A stretch of DNA of 64,000 bases, taken from the NCBI GenBank assembly GCA_048213135.1, contig PS015106.1:27192-91191 (forward strand), given 5' to 3'. The DNA comes from Reclinomonas americana ATCC 50394. Lineage: Eukaryota. This document shows, one piece after another, positions 13,284 through 27,435 of the stretch. The notes beneath the pieces are model-generated. The model was not told the origin of the DNA, searched no databases, and saw only the letters and a list, made by a program, of their open reading frames with translations. The first letter of the stretch is position 1. Each line of letters starts with the position of its first letter. Both the position numbers and the translations under genes were made by a program.

Positions 13284-16200
13284 TTATACTTCGTCACCTA
13301 ACATCACTGCCGACAGACGCTCCATTAGCTTTAGCGCGTCCTCTTCCTCGGCAGAGCCTCGTCGACGAGTGGCGTTCTCGTCTAGCGATCGTTGTGCGGC
13401 GTGTAATGGCGCAGGCTTGCTCGGTGCTTGCTTCTGGAAGGAGGAGGCGCGCAGACGATGATGCAGCTCCAGCGGCGAGGTCGGCGAACGAGCGACGTGG
13501 TCGAAGCGGTCCTGCTCGACGCCGCCGGCGTACTCGTTATCGGGGTGGATCACACGTGCGTCTGGCGTGGCGCGACTCGGATGCTCGTCCAGCTCTTGGT
13601 CGACATCCATGCGACGGCGCGCAATGCCGCCACCGTTCATGCCACCGTGCTGCCGACTGCTGCTGTATCTGCTGCTGCTGCCACCACCATCGTCGTCGTC
13701 GTCGTCATCGTACCCATCGCCGTCCACGTCACCGCTTTCACCAATGGCCTCGAGTGCCGCCGCGGCCACGCGAAGCAAACTGTCATCGGTGGCGACCCGC
13801 CGATGCGTAGTCACCGGAGTCGTCGGCAGCTTGCTCACCGTGGCGGCAGCGGCTGCTGCTGCTGTCGCGGCTGCTGCGGCGGTGGGCGACGGCCGTGATG
13901 CTGGTCCCTCCTTGCTGAAAGCCACCATGGCCGCCACCAAGTCCGACGGGAGCTTGTGAATCAGGCCAGTCTGTGCACAGACACACAGCCAGTGAGACAC
14001 ATGCCTCCATCTTGTCTGTCGCGGCACACCCAAACCTCATGAGCTTGCGCGAGAAGGGCAGCCAAATCCTGTTCCATGACATGCAAGTAACGACGCCCGC
14101 GGAACAAATACTCGGTCGCGTGTGCCTCCTCAAACATTTGCAGCCTGCGCAAACCAGTCAAGATAAGAAACACAATGGATTGCTGATGTTCTTCTGGTCA
14201 TTCTTCTCGACATTCTCTTCCTCCTTCTTCCTTTCTACTTTCCTTGTTCTTCTTGAGTTGTCCTTATTGTCGGTGTTCTTCTTCTTCTCTTCCTCCACTC
14301 CCTCCTCTCCCTCTTCTTCTTTTCATATACTTCTTCTATTTCTTCTCTTTCTTCTTCTGTCATCGCCATCCTCTTCTCATTCCTCTCATTCTTCTTCTTC
14401 TCCTCCTCCTCCTCCTCATCCTCATTCTCCGCCTTCTTCCCATTCTCATTCATTTTTCTTCTTTTTCTCTTGTTTTTGACCTTCATCTTCTTCTTCTTCA
14501 TCGTTCTCGTATTCTCTTCTTCCTCACCTCCTCCCCCTCTTCTTCTTCTTGCCTTCCGTCTCCTTCTTCTCCACCTCATCCTTTCTCTCCTCTTCCTCCT
14601 CCCCCTCCCCCTCTTGTGCTTCTTCTCCTCCTCCGCCTCCTCTTCCTTCTCCTCTCCCCCTCCTCCTCCTCCTTCTCCTTCCATCGCACGCAACATTGGT
14701 CGCAGCTCAAACGACAACTGCGTAATGACTAGATACAGCGATACACGCTCATTGTCGACCGCCTGCATCTGCTGCTGATCCATCTCAAACAGACGCGACG
14801 GATTGTGCTGCGACTGCCGCAGCGATTCGAGCTTGAACTTGAAGTACTCGCGCTTTGTCAGGACCTCCATCGACGGCACCTTGGCCTGCTGCTTCGCCAC
14901 CTCCTCCTCGTACACGGCCACCACCTCTGGCGTGACCGCCAATTTGGACTCGAGACGAGCCAAAAACGCCACAATGTCCATCATGTCGCACTCCATGGCC
15001 TTCCACAGTTTTCGCAGTTGATTGGCCGCCGTTCTGGCATTCTGTGCGATTGCGCGTCAGCAACTTGCGACAACACGCCCCCACATCGTAGTCGTGTCAC
15101 GCACCTGTCGCAATATCCTCTCCATCTCCTCCTTGGCCTCCTTCTCCGCCTCCACCGTGTTCGCTCGCGCATTGGCCTCCAGACGATCCGTGACTCGGGC
15201 TTCCCCGTCAAAAATGGCCCCCGCCGTCTCGATCTCTCGCTGCAGCACAAGACCGGCGGCGTGCTCTATCCACAACGAGTGTCAGATGGAGCGCAAGAGA
15301 GAGAAAAATGTGAGGGCACTCACCGTCGGCCAATGCCGACACCTTGCTCTCCAACTCTTGAATGATGCTGCCATACTTGCGCTCCATTTCCAGCTGATAA
15401 TCCTCCTTCCATTTGTGCAGCGACAGGCGCATTCGGCGGCTCTTGGCTTCGTACGCCAGCTCGCTCTCTGTACACGCGGTCCGGCGCTGCACCATGTCCA
15501 CCTCCATCTTCTCCAACAGCTGGTCCGCTTGCAAGCGATACTCGTTGGCGGCGTTCTCGTAGTGCGTTCTCATCTGCACACACGCAAATGTCAACCAATA
15601 GCAGAAGGAGTGCAAGTGACAATCGTGACGCACCTTTTCATCATACAGTGACATCGCAATAAACATTTCGTGCTTCAGCTCGGTGAGCGAGTCCAACACC
15701 TGCCCATTGGTCATGTCGGTGGCGGACTTGTGCACCTGCAGCCAGAACAAATTCAGCGATTGCCACAGTCCCCTCTTTTTCTTTTCAGGAAACGCACCTC
15801 GCCGATTCGCTTAATTAAACCCTCGATCGTGCTCATCAATCCCTCGTAGTGGTGTCTTTGATTCACCTGATCGCACAGAAGGTTATCAACCCACTCGCCA
15901 CACACACGTCAGGAGCCTCTCTCTTTCACACACCTCCTGCACCGCCGAGGCGTGCTGATATTCGGCATGCCAAAAGTCCTCCAGCCGTGTCAGCACCTCC
16001 GAAATCCGCTGTCGCAGTGCATTATCCTCTGTCCTAAAGGCCTGCCGCAACGCCTGCGCGCGCTGCTGCACCAGAGTCGTCATCTCGTCGAGTTCACCCA
16101 CCAAGCGTTCCCGCATGCCGGCCTCCACTGCCATGGTGTACTCGGCGAATTTGTCGAGCAGCGTATCTTTCCGCGTGGTCAGATCCTGCTCCCTGCTCTC

Positions 16201-18059
16201 AAACATCTCCTCCAGTCGCTTAATGTGCGACACAAATCTCTCCTCGGCCTGCGACAGTTGCTCGGCGTACAGCTCGCGTTGTTGCTGCAGGCGACAAGGA
16301 GAGATGAGGTCGCCGACTTAGGGATAGAAGAACACAGCGAGTGACAAACCCGAATGGCCTCGTCGCGCTCCGCATCCTTTTGCAAGTCGAGCGTCTCAAA
16401 CTTGTGTCGCAACTGCGCCTCGTACGCACGCTGCTCCCTCTTCAAGTTCTCCACATGCTTCGCAAACTCGGCCTCCTTCTGCTCCCACTTGCGCAGCTCG
16501 GCTTCGCGCTGCTCCGCCAGAACGGCCTCCGTGCGCGAGCGGAATTCGTCGAGCGACGAGTTGTACTGCCGGATCATGTGGTCCTCCACCTCAAACATGC
16601 GGAGATTCTCCCTATACAGTCGATCCTGCATCTGTGCCAAACGCCGCTGCACCTCCTCCTGCCGCTCCAGCTGCTGTTGCTGCAACTGGCGCATCATCGC
16701 TTGCTCCTGGAACGCAATGTCGTCACGCAGCCCCTCGGCAGCATGCTCGGCCGCCACGACTGCCGAGTCGACCGTCACCACCGCAGTCACCGCGGCTGCT
16801 GCTGCCGCCGCCGCCGACGTTGCTGTTGGCGTGGACGGTGATTGCTGCTGCTGCTGCTGCTGTTGTTGCTGTTGTTGCAAGTGCTGTAATTGTTGCTGAT
16901 GGAGCAGCAGCTGTTGCTGTTGTTGTAGTTGCTCCTGTTGTTGTTGCAGCTGCTGGCTGAGCGTGAACTGCGACATGGTGTGCGCCATCAGCTGCTGCTG
17001 CTGTTCCCGTTTCAGGTTCGACAACTCGTTGGTGAGCCGATCCAGCGCTTGATCGCGCACTGTATACACACAGAGATCGTTGAGCGAATGCGGTGAGGCG
17101 AGCGAGAACGAAAGCAAACATGAGAACCTCGAATGTCGCCCTCCAGAACCTGCACACGCGACTGATGCTCGCGCACCAACTCACGCTCCCGCTGCTGGTA
17201 ATGACGATGCAAGTCCGACAGCTCGCGCTGCAGCTGCCGAATGTGTCTCTCCTCCGACTGCACACGCAATCAGCAACAACCATCGCCACCAATCACCAAA
17301 CACGTCCGAATCACGCACCCAATGCCCTCCCTCAGCTCCCGGACTCCCATTGACCTCGCCGCCCGCCTGCACATACTGCCCAGCGACCGTCAGTCCACCC
17401 ACGATCAATCAGAGAGAGAAACAGCAGTGGGGGATGACGAAACTGGTCGCGCACTCAATGACTCGCCACCACCGCCACCAAGTGCCGGCGCCGATCGCAA
17501 CGACGGCGACGGCGGCGAGCTTCCCGCCTTGACGCGCGATGACGTCATCTGCGTCGGCGATCGCTTCATCACTGGAGTCGGCGATGAAGGAGGCTGAGGC
17601 AAAGGCGGAGGTGGAGGAGGAGCGACCACGGTCAAAGTCGGCGCCGTTTCATGATAGTGATCGCCGAGTTGCGATCGTTGCCAGGCGCGCATAGTGGCCG
17701 TGGGCGATAATGATGCTGGTGCGCCTATATGTGCACACAGACACACGCAGAGAGCGCGCAAGAGAGAGAGAGGACGAGCATGGCGGCGATCAGAGGCCCA
17801 CACCAAGAAACCGGTCCCTCAAAAACACACACACACACAAACCTTCTGCGGCGACTGGTGGTGCATGCGCGACACCAGCTGTGGCAGTGGTGGTGGTGGT
17901 GGTGGAGGATCGGGCGACTGGCGAGGAGGACGGGGGGGAAGCGGTGGCTGAGGAGGCCGCGGACGAGGACGTGGGACTGGCGGCGCGTCCTCCGGTGCTG
18001 GCGCTGCGAACGGCGCGGATGACACGCAGCCGTTGCAGAACCCGTTGCTTGTCCTCCAT
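13284..18059 (-). CDS. Large unknown coiled-coil protein with poly-Q/poly-A tracts, multi-exon
   Basis: Successive minus-strand exons join in frame where checked (MEDKQRVLQRLR..., EERHIRQLQRELSDLHRHYQQRE, LYRENLRMFEVEDHM, REYFKFKLESLRQ, ...AVMLGDEV*). A single-gene model is inferred. Confidence 0.6.
14185..14680. repeat. Compound TTC/TCC microsatellite inside intron ~14145-14694
   Basis: Directly visible. The flanking exons join in frame (RPM-LQMFEE). Confidence 0.85.
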
Positions 18060-19325
18060 GCGACGGCGGCGGCTGTGTGCTTGCTGTGCACTGTACGCGC
18101 GAGTATGTCCAGGTTTTGATTGTCACACGCCGGATCGTCTCAGTGCGTCTTGTGCCGCCGCTGCTCCTGCTGCTTCCCTTGTGCTTACGTGCGCTCTCTG
18201 TGTGTCTCTCCGTGTTCTTGTCGTGCAGCAGCAGCAGCTCCTCTCTGCGCAACCGAATTCACAGTCTCGCTCAATATGCTTGCCCGAGGTACGTTCTCGT
18301 CGTCGAGCGTATCTCGTCAGTGTGCGTGTGTGTGTGCCGTCTTCTCCCCCTGTGCGTGTGTGTGGCACGGCGTTTCTTGTCGTCTCCTTCTTGTCGAGAT
18401 TGTTGTGTGTGCTGCGCGAAGGCATGACCATGTCCATCGCTCGTCATCTCCTCCCCGCTCCTCCTTCCCGCGCGCTTTCTCTCCGCACGCACGCGCGCCT
18501 CTCCCTCTCAGCACACACTCCTCACACACGCTGTGCGTCTGTCTCTCTGTGTTGCATTGCCGTGCATGAGTTGCCACATTTTGCCCGCCAAAATTTTCCA
18601 TTTCATTTTGCCCACTTGTTGTTTGCGCGCGCACACGCACATTCCCCCCTTCCCTTTGCAGCCTCCGATTTGCCACAAGAGCTTGTGACAGCGCAATCCT
18701 CCGAGGCCAACACCGCCGCCGCTCTCTACTTTTCCTGCGCGCGCCTGACGAACATCCCGTTGCCGCCGCCCACCACCACCACAAAGGTCTACTCGCCCTC
18801 CCGAGCAGCCTCCTCCACATTACCTCCGAGACAACAACAACCNNNNNNNNNNNNNNNNNNNNNNNNNNNNNNNNNNNNNNNNNNNNNNNNNNNNNNNNNN
18901 NNNNNNNNNNNNNNNNNNNNNNNNNNNNNNNNNNNNNNNNNNNNNNNNNNNNNNNNNNNNNNNNNNNNNNNNNNNNNNNNNNNNNNNNNNNNNNNNNNNN
19001 NNNNNNNNNNNNNNNNNNNNNNNNNNNNNNNNNNNNNNNNNNNNNNNNNNNNNNNNNNNNNNNNNNNNNNNNNNNNNNNNNNNNNNNNNNNNNNNNNNNN
19101 NNNNNNNNNNNNNNNNNNNNNNNNNNNNNNNNNNNNNNNNNNNNNNNNNNNNNNNNNNNNNNNNNNNNNNNNNNNNNNNNNNNNNNNNNNNNNNNNNNNN
19201 NNNNNNNNNNNNNNNNNNNNNCGAGAGGGTAAAGGAGAGAGTGAGAGAGAGAAGCCAAGAAACGACAGGACGGCACCGCAACGAAGTCCTTCCTCAATTC
19301 TTCCGACGCACTCAACGCAAACGCC

Positions 19326-20307
19326 ATGCTCTTCCTCATTGGTCTCGGTCTCGGCGATGTCAAAGACATTACGCTGCGTGGTCTCGAGCTGGTGAAGCGC
19401 AGCGAGAAGGTGTACCTGGAGATGTACACGGCCATTCTCATGTGCGACGCCCAGACACTGGTTCATCACATGCATTCCTCTCTCTCTCTCTCTGCATCCA
19501 CTCACTCATCTCCATCAGAGTGAGTTCTATGGCAAGACAGTGCAGGTGGCCGATCGCGAGTTTGTCGAGTCAGGCTGCGAGGCCATGCTGGAGGAGGCGC
19601 GTCACATTGATGTGGCCTTTCTGGTGGTGGGCGATCCGTTCGCGGCCACCACACACTCCGACCTGTTCCTGCGTGCGCGTCAGATGGGCACACAGGTGCA
19701 GGTGGTGCACAATGCCTCTATCATGACGGCAATCGGGGCCACGGGACTGCAGATGTATCGCTTTGGGCAGACGGTGACAGTCGTGTTCTTCACGGAGGAG
19801 TGGCGACCCGAGTCGTTCTATGACCGCATTGCGGAGAATCGGCGCATGAACCTGCACACGCTGTGCTTGCTGGGTAAGCGATCAAGAGCGAGCGAGTGAG
19901 TGAGTTTAGCTGCTGAAAAGCGTGACGATTGCGCAGATCTCAAGGTCAAGGAGCAGAGCATTGAGAACTTGCTGAAGGGCCGCAAGATCTACGAGCCGCC
20001 ACGGTACATGACGGTGAACCAGGCGGTGGAGGAGCTGCTGGAGGTGGAGGGCAAGCGCGGCGAGTCGGTGTGCACGGCGTCGACGCCGGCGTTCGGGCTG
20101 GCTCGTGTCGGCACCGACTCGCAGCTGATTGTGAGTGGCACGTTGGGTGAGCTGCTGGAGGTCGACTTTGGCGGCCCGCTGCACTCGCTGATTGTGTGCG
20201 CCGAGTTGCACTTTATGGAGGAGGAGATGTATCAGTATTACAGACAGCCAAGCGCGCAGGCAGCGGCCGCCGCCTCGGATGCTCCCGCACCGACGGCCGC
20301 GGAATGA
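19326..20307 (+). CDS. DPH5: Diphthine methyl ester synthase (3 exons)
   Basis: [21 protein letters not shown]...ADREFVE...[15 protein letters not shown]...[23 protein letters not shown]...HTLCLLDLKVKE...YEPPRYM...DFGGPLHSL. Confidence 0.98.
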
Positions 20308-20481
20308 TGCTTATCACCGTGCATAATGAAACCCTCTTTCCCTCGTAGAGTACGCTGTTCTCACCCAGACCTCGTTGCCACTTTTACACTCGCGCGATAG
20401 AGGCAGGGAGATGCAGAGGCGAAAAAAAAAAGAGAAAACATGTATGACAAAAAAGACAGAAGAATTACATGATCATCACTA

Positions 20482-23165
20482 CTACATGTCGAGCTTGACA
20501 GATGGGCGCGCCTTTGCTTGCGGTGCCCATGCGCGCTCGAGAATGGCTTCGAACTCGCCGTCCGTGTCCACACTCGCACTAATGTTGGCAAAGTATTTCT
20601 CGAATTCTGTGATGGAGAATGCACGATGAGCACAGACTGGACAGGAAAGAACATGGGAGGAGACCAACGAACCGGGCAAGTGGATTTCTCCGTCGCGCTC
20701 GTCGTCGTACGTCTCGATGAAATGCCGCGCCACCTCGTCGGCCGATGCCGATCCCTGCAACAGAAGTTAGTCGCAATACTTTTGTGTTTCACACGACGAC
20801 GAGTGGACGCACCGAAGGGCGGAACTTGTCGCGCAGATCATTGATATCGAGCACACCGCTGCCGTCCACGTCGAGTCGGGCAAACATGCGCTGCACTGCG
20901 GCGCGCCGCCTGTCGTTCATCTCGCCGCGGAGGACGTGAATGAACTCGTCGTACCTGCCGTGCATGCATGATGGATTTGAGTGGCGGAGTGCAACAAATA
21001 GTCGTGCTGTTGGACACCACGCAACGAGATGCCACCCGAGCTGTCGGCGTCGAAGAAGTTCAGCATCTGCTTGAACTCGTCGTCCTTCAGGTCGAGTCCG
21101 AAGCGATACAATGCAATCTTGAACTCGTCGGCATCGATCTGGCCGCTCTTGTCCGAGTCCTGAATGCGGAAGTTGCGACCGAGCTGCGCGATGCCTGTGG
21201 CGCGCGCGCTTGGGGTAAGCTACGAACACGCCGCTGTTCCTCAGAGGAGGTTGACGCAACTCGTAACACCTCGGTCGGACAGCTTCTGGCGGAGCGCCAT
21301 GATGATCTCGCTCAGCGTCATCGATGCGCGGTTGAGGTTGGGCTTTTGTCGGTACGACACCGACGCCGCCGCCTTGGCGCGTTGTCGCTGCAGCGCGGGG
21401 TCACGCTTGTCGCGGAATGCACTCTGAATCATCGCCACAAAGTAATCGTCGTCGTCGATCGAGGCCGACACCGAGGCATAGTAGCGCTCGAATTCTGCAC
21501 AAGTGGTTTGAGATGACGGAAAGAAGACCGCACTCAACAGAGTGACTCACCCTCGGGATACACACGCCCGTCCTTCAGGCCGCCGTCGAACGAGTTGAGG
21601 AACTCGGCAAGAATCTGCTCCTCGGTCTTGATGCCACCGACCACACTCGGGTGACGGCTGGCGTTGTAGAGTCCCTTCAGGTCGTCGACCTCAACCACAC
21701 CGTTGCCGTTCGTGTCGAGCTGCTGGAAGGCCTGACGAATCGCCTCGCGACGAATCGGGCTCAAGTCGCCACGCAGACCAGTGAGGAACTCGTCGTACGA
21801 CAGCGTGCCATCGCCGTCCACGTCGAACTCGCGCATCAGCAAGTCAAACTCGCGGCTGCTCAGCTCCAGACCCACTTCGCGGAACGCTTTCAGGATCTCC
21901 TCCGGATCGAGCTTCCCCGAGTTGTCATCGTCCATGATGCGGAAGCGCTTGCCGAGAGCAGCAATACCCGTGACACCGCGACCCTTGAGCACCGCACGAA
22001 TCTTGTTGAGCAGCTCCTGCGAGGTGCGCGCCGGACCCGCCAGGCCATTCACGCGTGCCGTGGTGCCACTCATTGTTCCGCTCTGCACGCAGCGATGAGT
22101 GTGACAAACAAGGGGAGAAAAATGCGGCGCAGTAAGTGAGACCTTGATGGTGGCCACCAACTGCGGAGCGAGTGCAGAGCCCTGTGACTTGACGCGGGAT
22201 GATTCGGCCATCGCTGCGCGAGTAAAGACTGTCGACTGCGAATACGGCTTGGGTTCGGCACCGTCGGACTGTGGCGCATTCAGTGAGCAACCTCGAAACA
22301 TGCCATCGTTCCCCCCTTTTTTTGCAACACACAGTACCATGCCAGGCGGCGCGAAATCGGTGGGCTTGGTGATGACCTCGGTGGCCAGCTGCACTTGCCC
22401 CTCGGCAGCCAACGCCGTCTTCAGTCCACGCTCACGACGCACCGACGCCAGCACACTCGGCGGCAGATTGCGCGGCTTGTACGAGATCTTCAAGTCGCCC
22501 GAATCGAGGAAGCCAAGCGCCGAACCGGCCGGCGGCTTTTGCGGGAGGACATTCGAGTAAAAGATGGCATTCATCGTCAGCCCACTCGCATCGATTCCCG
22601 AGTCGGCCGAGTCCACCGGCGGCGACACCGACTTGCCAGTGCCCGTCAGCGGCGACTGTGTCACCTTGAAGCTGGAACGCGCCAGAGATCCAGCCTGCCA
22701 CGCAACAACAACAACAACCAGGTGTCAGAGAAAAACGGGAAACAACATGCCGAACAATCAATCAGCTACACACAGCGCACCGTATCGTCCTCCTCGGCCT
22801 TGGCACGCTGATAGGAGACACCGACGGTCTCCAGCTTTCGTGGCACATGCCCCGAGTACCCAGGCACATACGCTCCCGATCGCTGCAACGCCTGCTTTCT
22901 CTCTGTGCGTGAGTGACCTGCGGGCTGGCACCCCAGCTACACGCACGTGCTCAGAACTCAACTGCCTCCTCCTCCGCCGACCGCGCATACGGCGCTCCAT
23001 CGCCCTGTCGCGCCGCCGAATCTCGCAGCTTGGCCTCCTCCTTGTAGAACTTGGCCTCCTGCACCGGATTCACATCCCAGAAACCGTTCTCGCGCTTGCC
23101 TCGCGTCACCTCCGGGTCGCGCACAATGAAGAAATCACGACCCGAGCCACTCGGTTGATAGCTGC
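20482..23165 (-). CDS. Calcyphosin-like multi-EF-hand protein with two tandem calcyphosin modules; 5' end in gap
   Basis: Two RG..(G/S)I..LG+.FRI.D starts, EF loops DDDNSGKLDPEE, DVDGDGTLSYDE, DTNGNGVVEVDD, DADSSGGISYDE and DVDGSGVLDIND, plus HP.V..G.KTE and YYA.VSAS.D.D motifs. Confidence 0.85.
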
Positions 23166-23872
23166 CACAGTCACACGCACACGCACGCGCACACCAAGTC
23201 AGCCAACATGCACACGCACACACTGAGACTCTANNNNNNNNNNNNNNNNNNNNNNNNNNNNNNNNNNNNNNNNNNNNNNNNNNNNNNNNNNNNNNNNNNN
23301 NNNNNNNNNNNNNNNNNNNNNNNNNNNNNNNNNNNNNNNNNNNNNNNNNNNNNNNNNNNNNNNNNNNNNNNNNNNNNNNNNNNNNNNNNNNNNNNNNNNN
23401 NNNNNNNNNNNNNNNNNNNNNNNNNNNNNNNNNNNNNNNNNNNNNNNNNNNNNNNNNNNNNNNNNNNNNNNNNNNNNNNNNNNNNNNNNNNNNNNNNNNN
23501 NNNNNNNNNNNNNNNNNNNNNNNNNNNNNNNNNNNNNNNNNNNNNNNNNNNNNNNNNNNNNNNNNNNNNNNNNNNNNNNNNNNNNNNNNNNNNNNNNNNN
23601 NNNNNNNNNNNNNNNNNNNNNNNNNNNNNNNNNNNNNNNNNNNNNNNNNNNNNNNNNNNNNNNNNNNNNNNNNNNNNNNNNNNNNNNNNNNNNNNNNNNN
23701 NNNNNNNNNNNNNNNNNNNNNNNNNNNNNNNNNNNNNNNNNNNNNNNNNNNNNNNNNNNNNNNNNNNNNAGAGAGAGAGAGAGAAGGCGAGGCGGTACAA
23801 CCAGAAGAGCGGAGTGAAGGAGCACACGTTGACACACGTACCGCAGCCATGGCTTGCTCAATGTCGCGCGCC

Positions 23873-25403
23873 TCAATGTCGAGTCGTGGACGTGGTCTGC
23901 CTTGCGGCGATAATGACAGATCTGCATCCGGACTGCAGCAGGTACAATGTAGAGATCAGAGTCTCCATAAAAAGATTGCTGCTGCGTGAGACACCACGCT
24001 GCACGCAACGTATCGCGACCCATCGACGGAGACATGGGTGGTGCTGATGAGGCGGCGGCGGCGCTGTGAACCTCTTGCATCTCGCGCGACTCGCGCGCTT
24101 CCTGTGCCGCACGCTCCTTCTTTCGTTGCTCCAGAATCCAGTCGTAGGTCGTCATGTTCTTAAAGTCTGCCGAGTGCATCAGCAACCAGTCTACTATATC
24201 CAGCGTCACTAGGCCACGCAACATATCCAAATGTGGAAGCTGAGCAGCTGCAGCAGCAGTGCTCCGGCCACACAGCCGAGCACCGCGAACAGCGCCAACA
24301 GCGCCAGATGAAGACCAAAGGGCATCGAACTGTACACACGACGAACTGCAGCCATACGAGATGATGAGCGACACTTTCCGACACACTGTTCTCTCTCTCT
24401 TTCTTGTATACATACCATCGGCCTTGGTCGCATCCTCATTGGTGAAGTAGATAACAAAATGGTACACACTCATAATCACAATAAACGCCGCCGTCAACAG
24501 CGTACATAGCACAAAGGCGAAGAATTGTCTGCGATGATTAATTGGACGCGATCAACATCGGCGATGCTTCGTTCTGCAACCACACACACACACACGCTCC
24601 ACTCACCGATAGTTCCTCTGGCCGACACACGTGTTGAGCCACTGGCAGTGATGATCGAAATGGCCGACGCACTTGTTGCAGAGGCGGCAGTGCTTGCTCC
24701 TCTTGTGCCTGGAGACCACACATCAGCAGCACTGCGCGACCACCAGAGCACCACCAGCAAGATGACTCACACATACAGCTGGCAGTAGTAGCAGTCCTCG
24801 TAGTCCTTGTTGCTGTCGCTAAACGTGCTGGCAAACTTCGCCTGCATCGCCTTATCCAGGATCATGGGATCCGACGGGTCAATCACCGTCGCCCAGATCT
24901 TCAGCGTCACCACCGTCGCCAGCAACACACCAAAGATCTGTCACGCACAAACATTCAAGACCTGCTCTTATCGGGAGAAGGGCGATGAGCGTGCACGCAA
25001 CAGCCATCGTCACAATGCCCGCCTCCCGCGGCAACGTGGGTCCCACCAGCACGTAGTAATACACGGCAAACACCACAATGAGCGCCCACGCAATGAGCTG
25101 CGGAGGTCCCAGCGGTCGCGAGAATCCAGTCACACGAACATAATCCTATCGGGAAATGATGATGATATGACGATGATAGAAGACAACGATGATGACGAAT
25201 GAACACACCGTGAAGAACTCCTGTGTGTGTGAGAGAGAGAGAGAGAGCGAGTGAGTGTGAGTGAGTGGAAAAACGAAATCGAGCTCATTCTCGTTCTGAA
25301 TAACGATCACAGCACGCACACACTCTCTCACACACGCGAACACACACAGAGAGGGCGACAGAGAGAAAGAGAGAGCGATCACTCGCACACACTTTCGCGT
25401 CAT
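23873..25403 (-). CDS. DHHC-type protein S-palmitoyltransferase
   Basis: [33 protein letters not shown] segments, IDPSD and [16 protein letters not shown]. The start is approximate. Confidence 0.93.
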
Positions 25404-25894
25404 GGCAAGCCCCCTCTCACCTCTGGCGCACTCCCTGAGCACAGCGGCATGTGAGAGCCGGAGACTGCGCGTCGCTCCTCTTGCGACATGACCACGCGCG
25501 GAGACGCAAGTCGACTCGATCGCGAGGAGGCAGGTGGTGCAGAGCTCATTTGCACTTCTTACTGCTGCACTCTCTCTCTCTAACTGTGACTCTGACTCAC
25601 TCACACCACACGCACGTGCGTTGGAGCCCTACCACGTGCGCTCACTGCGTGCGTTCTCTCTCTTGGAGGCCCGGTGGTGATCGGAGTGCGATCGACCGTT
25701 GGGTCGGTCGGTTCATTCCATGGCAGTTACTCTTGGCGGTGTGCGAGAGAAGGAGTTTTGTTTTTCCTTTGCCATCTCTCTTCTCTCTCACCGAGCGTGT
25801 GTGTGTGCGTGAAGGCTTGTTCTGACTGCGTACTTACCCGCTCAGAGCGTCCGATTGACGAGCAATGTCGCACAACTTTACACGGTGTGTTTTC

Positions 25895-25949
<55 letters not shown>

Positions 25950-27435
25950 TAGTACNNNNNNNNNNNNNNNNNNNNNNNNNNNNNNNNNNNNNNNNNNNNN
26001 NNNNNNNNNNNNNNNNNNNNNNNNNNNNNNNNNNNNNNNNNNNNNNNNNNNNNNNNNNNNNNNNNNNNNNNNNNNNNNNNNNNNNNNNNNNNNNNNNNNN
26101 NNNNNNNNNNNNNNNNNNNNNNNNNNNNNNNNNNNNNNNNNNNNNNNNNNNNNNNNNNNNNNNNNNNNNNNNNNNNNNNNNNNNNNNNNNNNNNNNNNNN
26201 NNNNNNNNNNNNNNNNNNNNNNNNNNNNNNNNNNNNNNNNNNNNNNNNNNNNNNNNNNNNNNNNNNNNNNNNNNNNNNNNNNNNNNNNNNNNNNNNNNNN
26301 NNNNNNNNNNNNNTTTCTCACTCACGGTCGCGTCCGTGTTCAACTTGAGCGGAGTTGCGGTCGCATGGACACACAGCACCTGTCTTGTGGTGGTGCACAC
26401 GTGTGTGCGCGCGCGCGTGCGTGTGTGGGGGTGATTCAGAGGACAACACACACGAGCGTGGAGGGTGTTTTGCGCAGCGCTGCGAATCACGGTTTTCGAG
26501 TTGCATGATTCGTTTGCCCGCCCCCGTCTTTCACGCCAGACTACACCTGCACATGTGCACACTCGTGGCGTGTGCACAACACCCACGCCACGGAGCGAGT
26601 CGCACAACGGCCACACGCGTCCAGTCGCATGGGGGACATATTCCCAAAGAGGTGTTTCGCGCCGTCGATATCTTGTGCTTGCCGCATTCGTGCGGACCGT
26701 TTTGTGACCGCTCTGCGCGTGTCTCTCTCCACGCATTGCACTGTGCTCATGTGTACCCACATGCGGGCCCGCTTTTCCCTGCCATGTTCGGGGCAAGTGC
26801 AAGTTGAGAATGCATGTATGATCGATGTGCAGTCCGGAAATCCCGATTTGCCGATCACATTCACTGACCGCGCTTGTGTGTGTGCGCACACGCTCAACTC
26901 GCACACAAACGCACACACAGTGGCAGTTGTTTGTGCGCGTTTCTGCAACACGTGCACACGACAGAGACAGTGAAAGGAAGAGAGAGAGAGAGAGAGAGCA
27001 CACGCACACACAAACGCGTCCGTGTTGTAGCTCTTGTTAATACGCGCACCTTGGACGACGATCCCGGACTCACACTCCACTCGCACCCTCACTCGCACAC
27101 CTTTCTGTGCGAGTGTGTGCGTGCGTGTCATTGGCGGCACTTGTGTGCGTGTGTGAAAACCAGTGAGGCAGCCTCATGGTGCGTGTGTGCGCGCGCGCGT
27201 CAATAGCGCGACATGTTTGCTCAAACGCTCACTTCTCTCTCTCCTCTCACACACGCACACAGTTTGGCCTCTTCTCCATCTCCACCAAGGAGGGAGGAGA
27301 ACCGCAGCCATTATACCCATGTGGTGCGCTCTCATACACACACACACACACTCTATGCCTCATTGATTACGTTGTATTGATCTCTCTTTCTCTGTCACAG
27401 ACCTATGCGAAAAGGTCTTCACCTCGCAAGGCAAC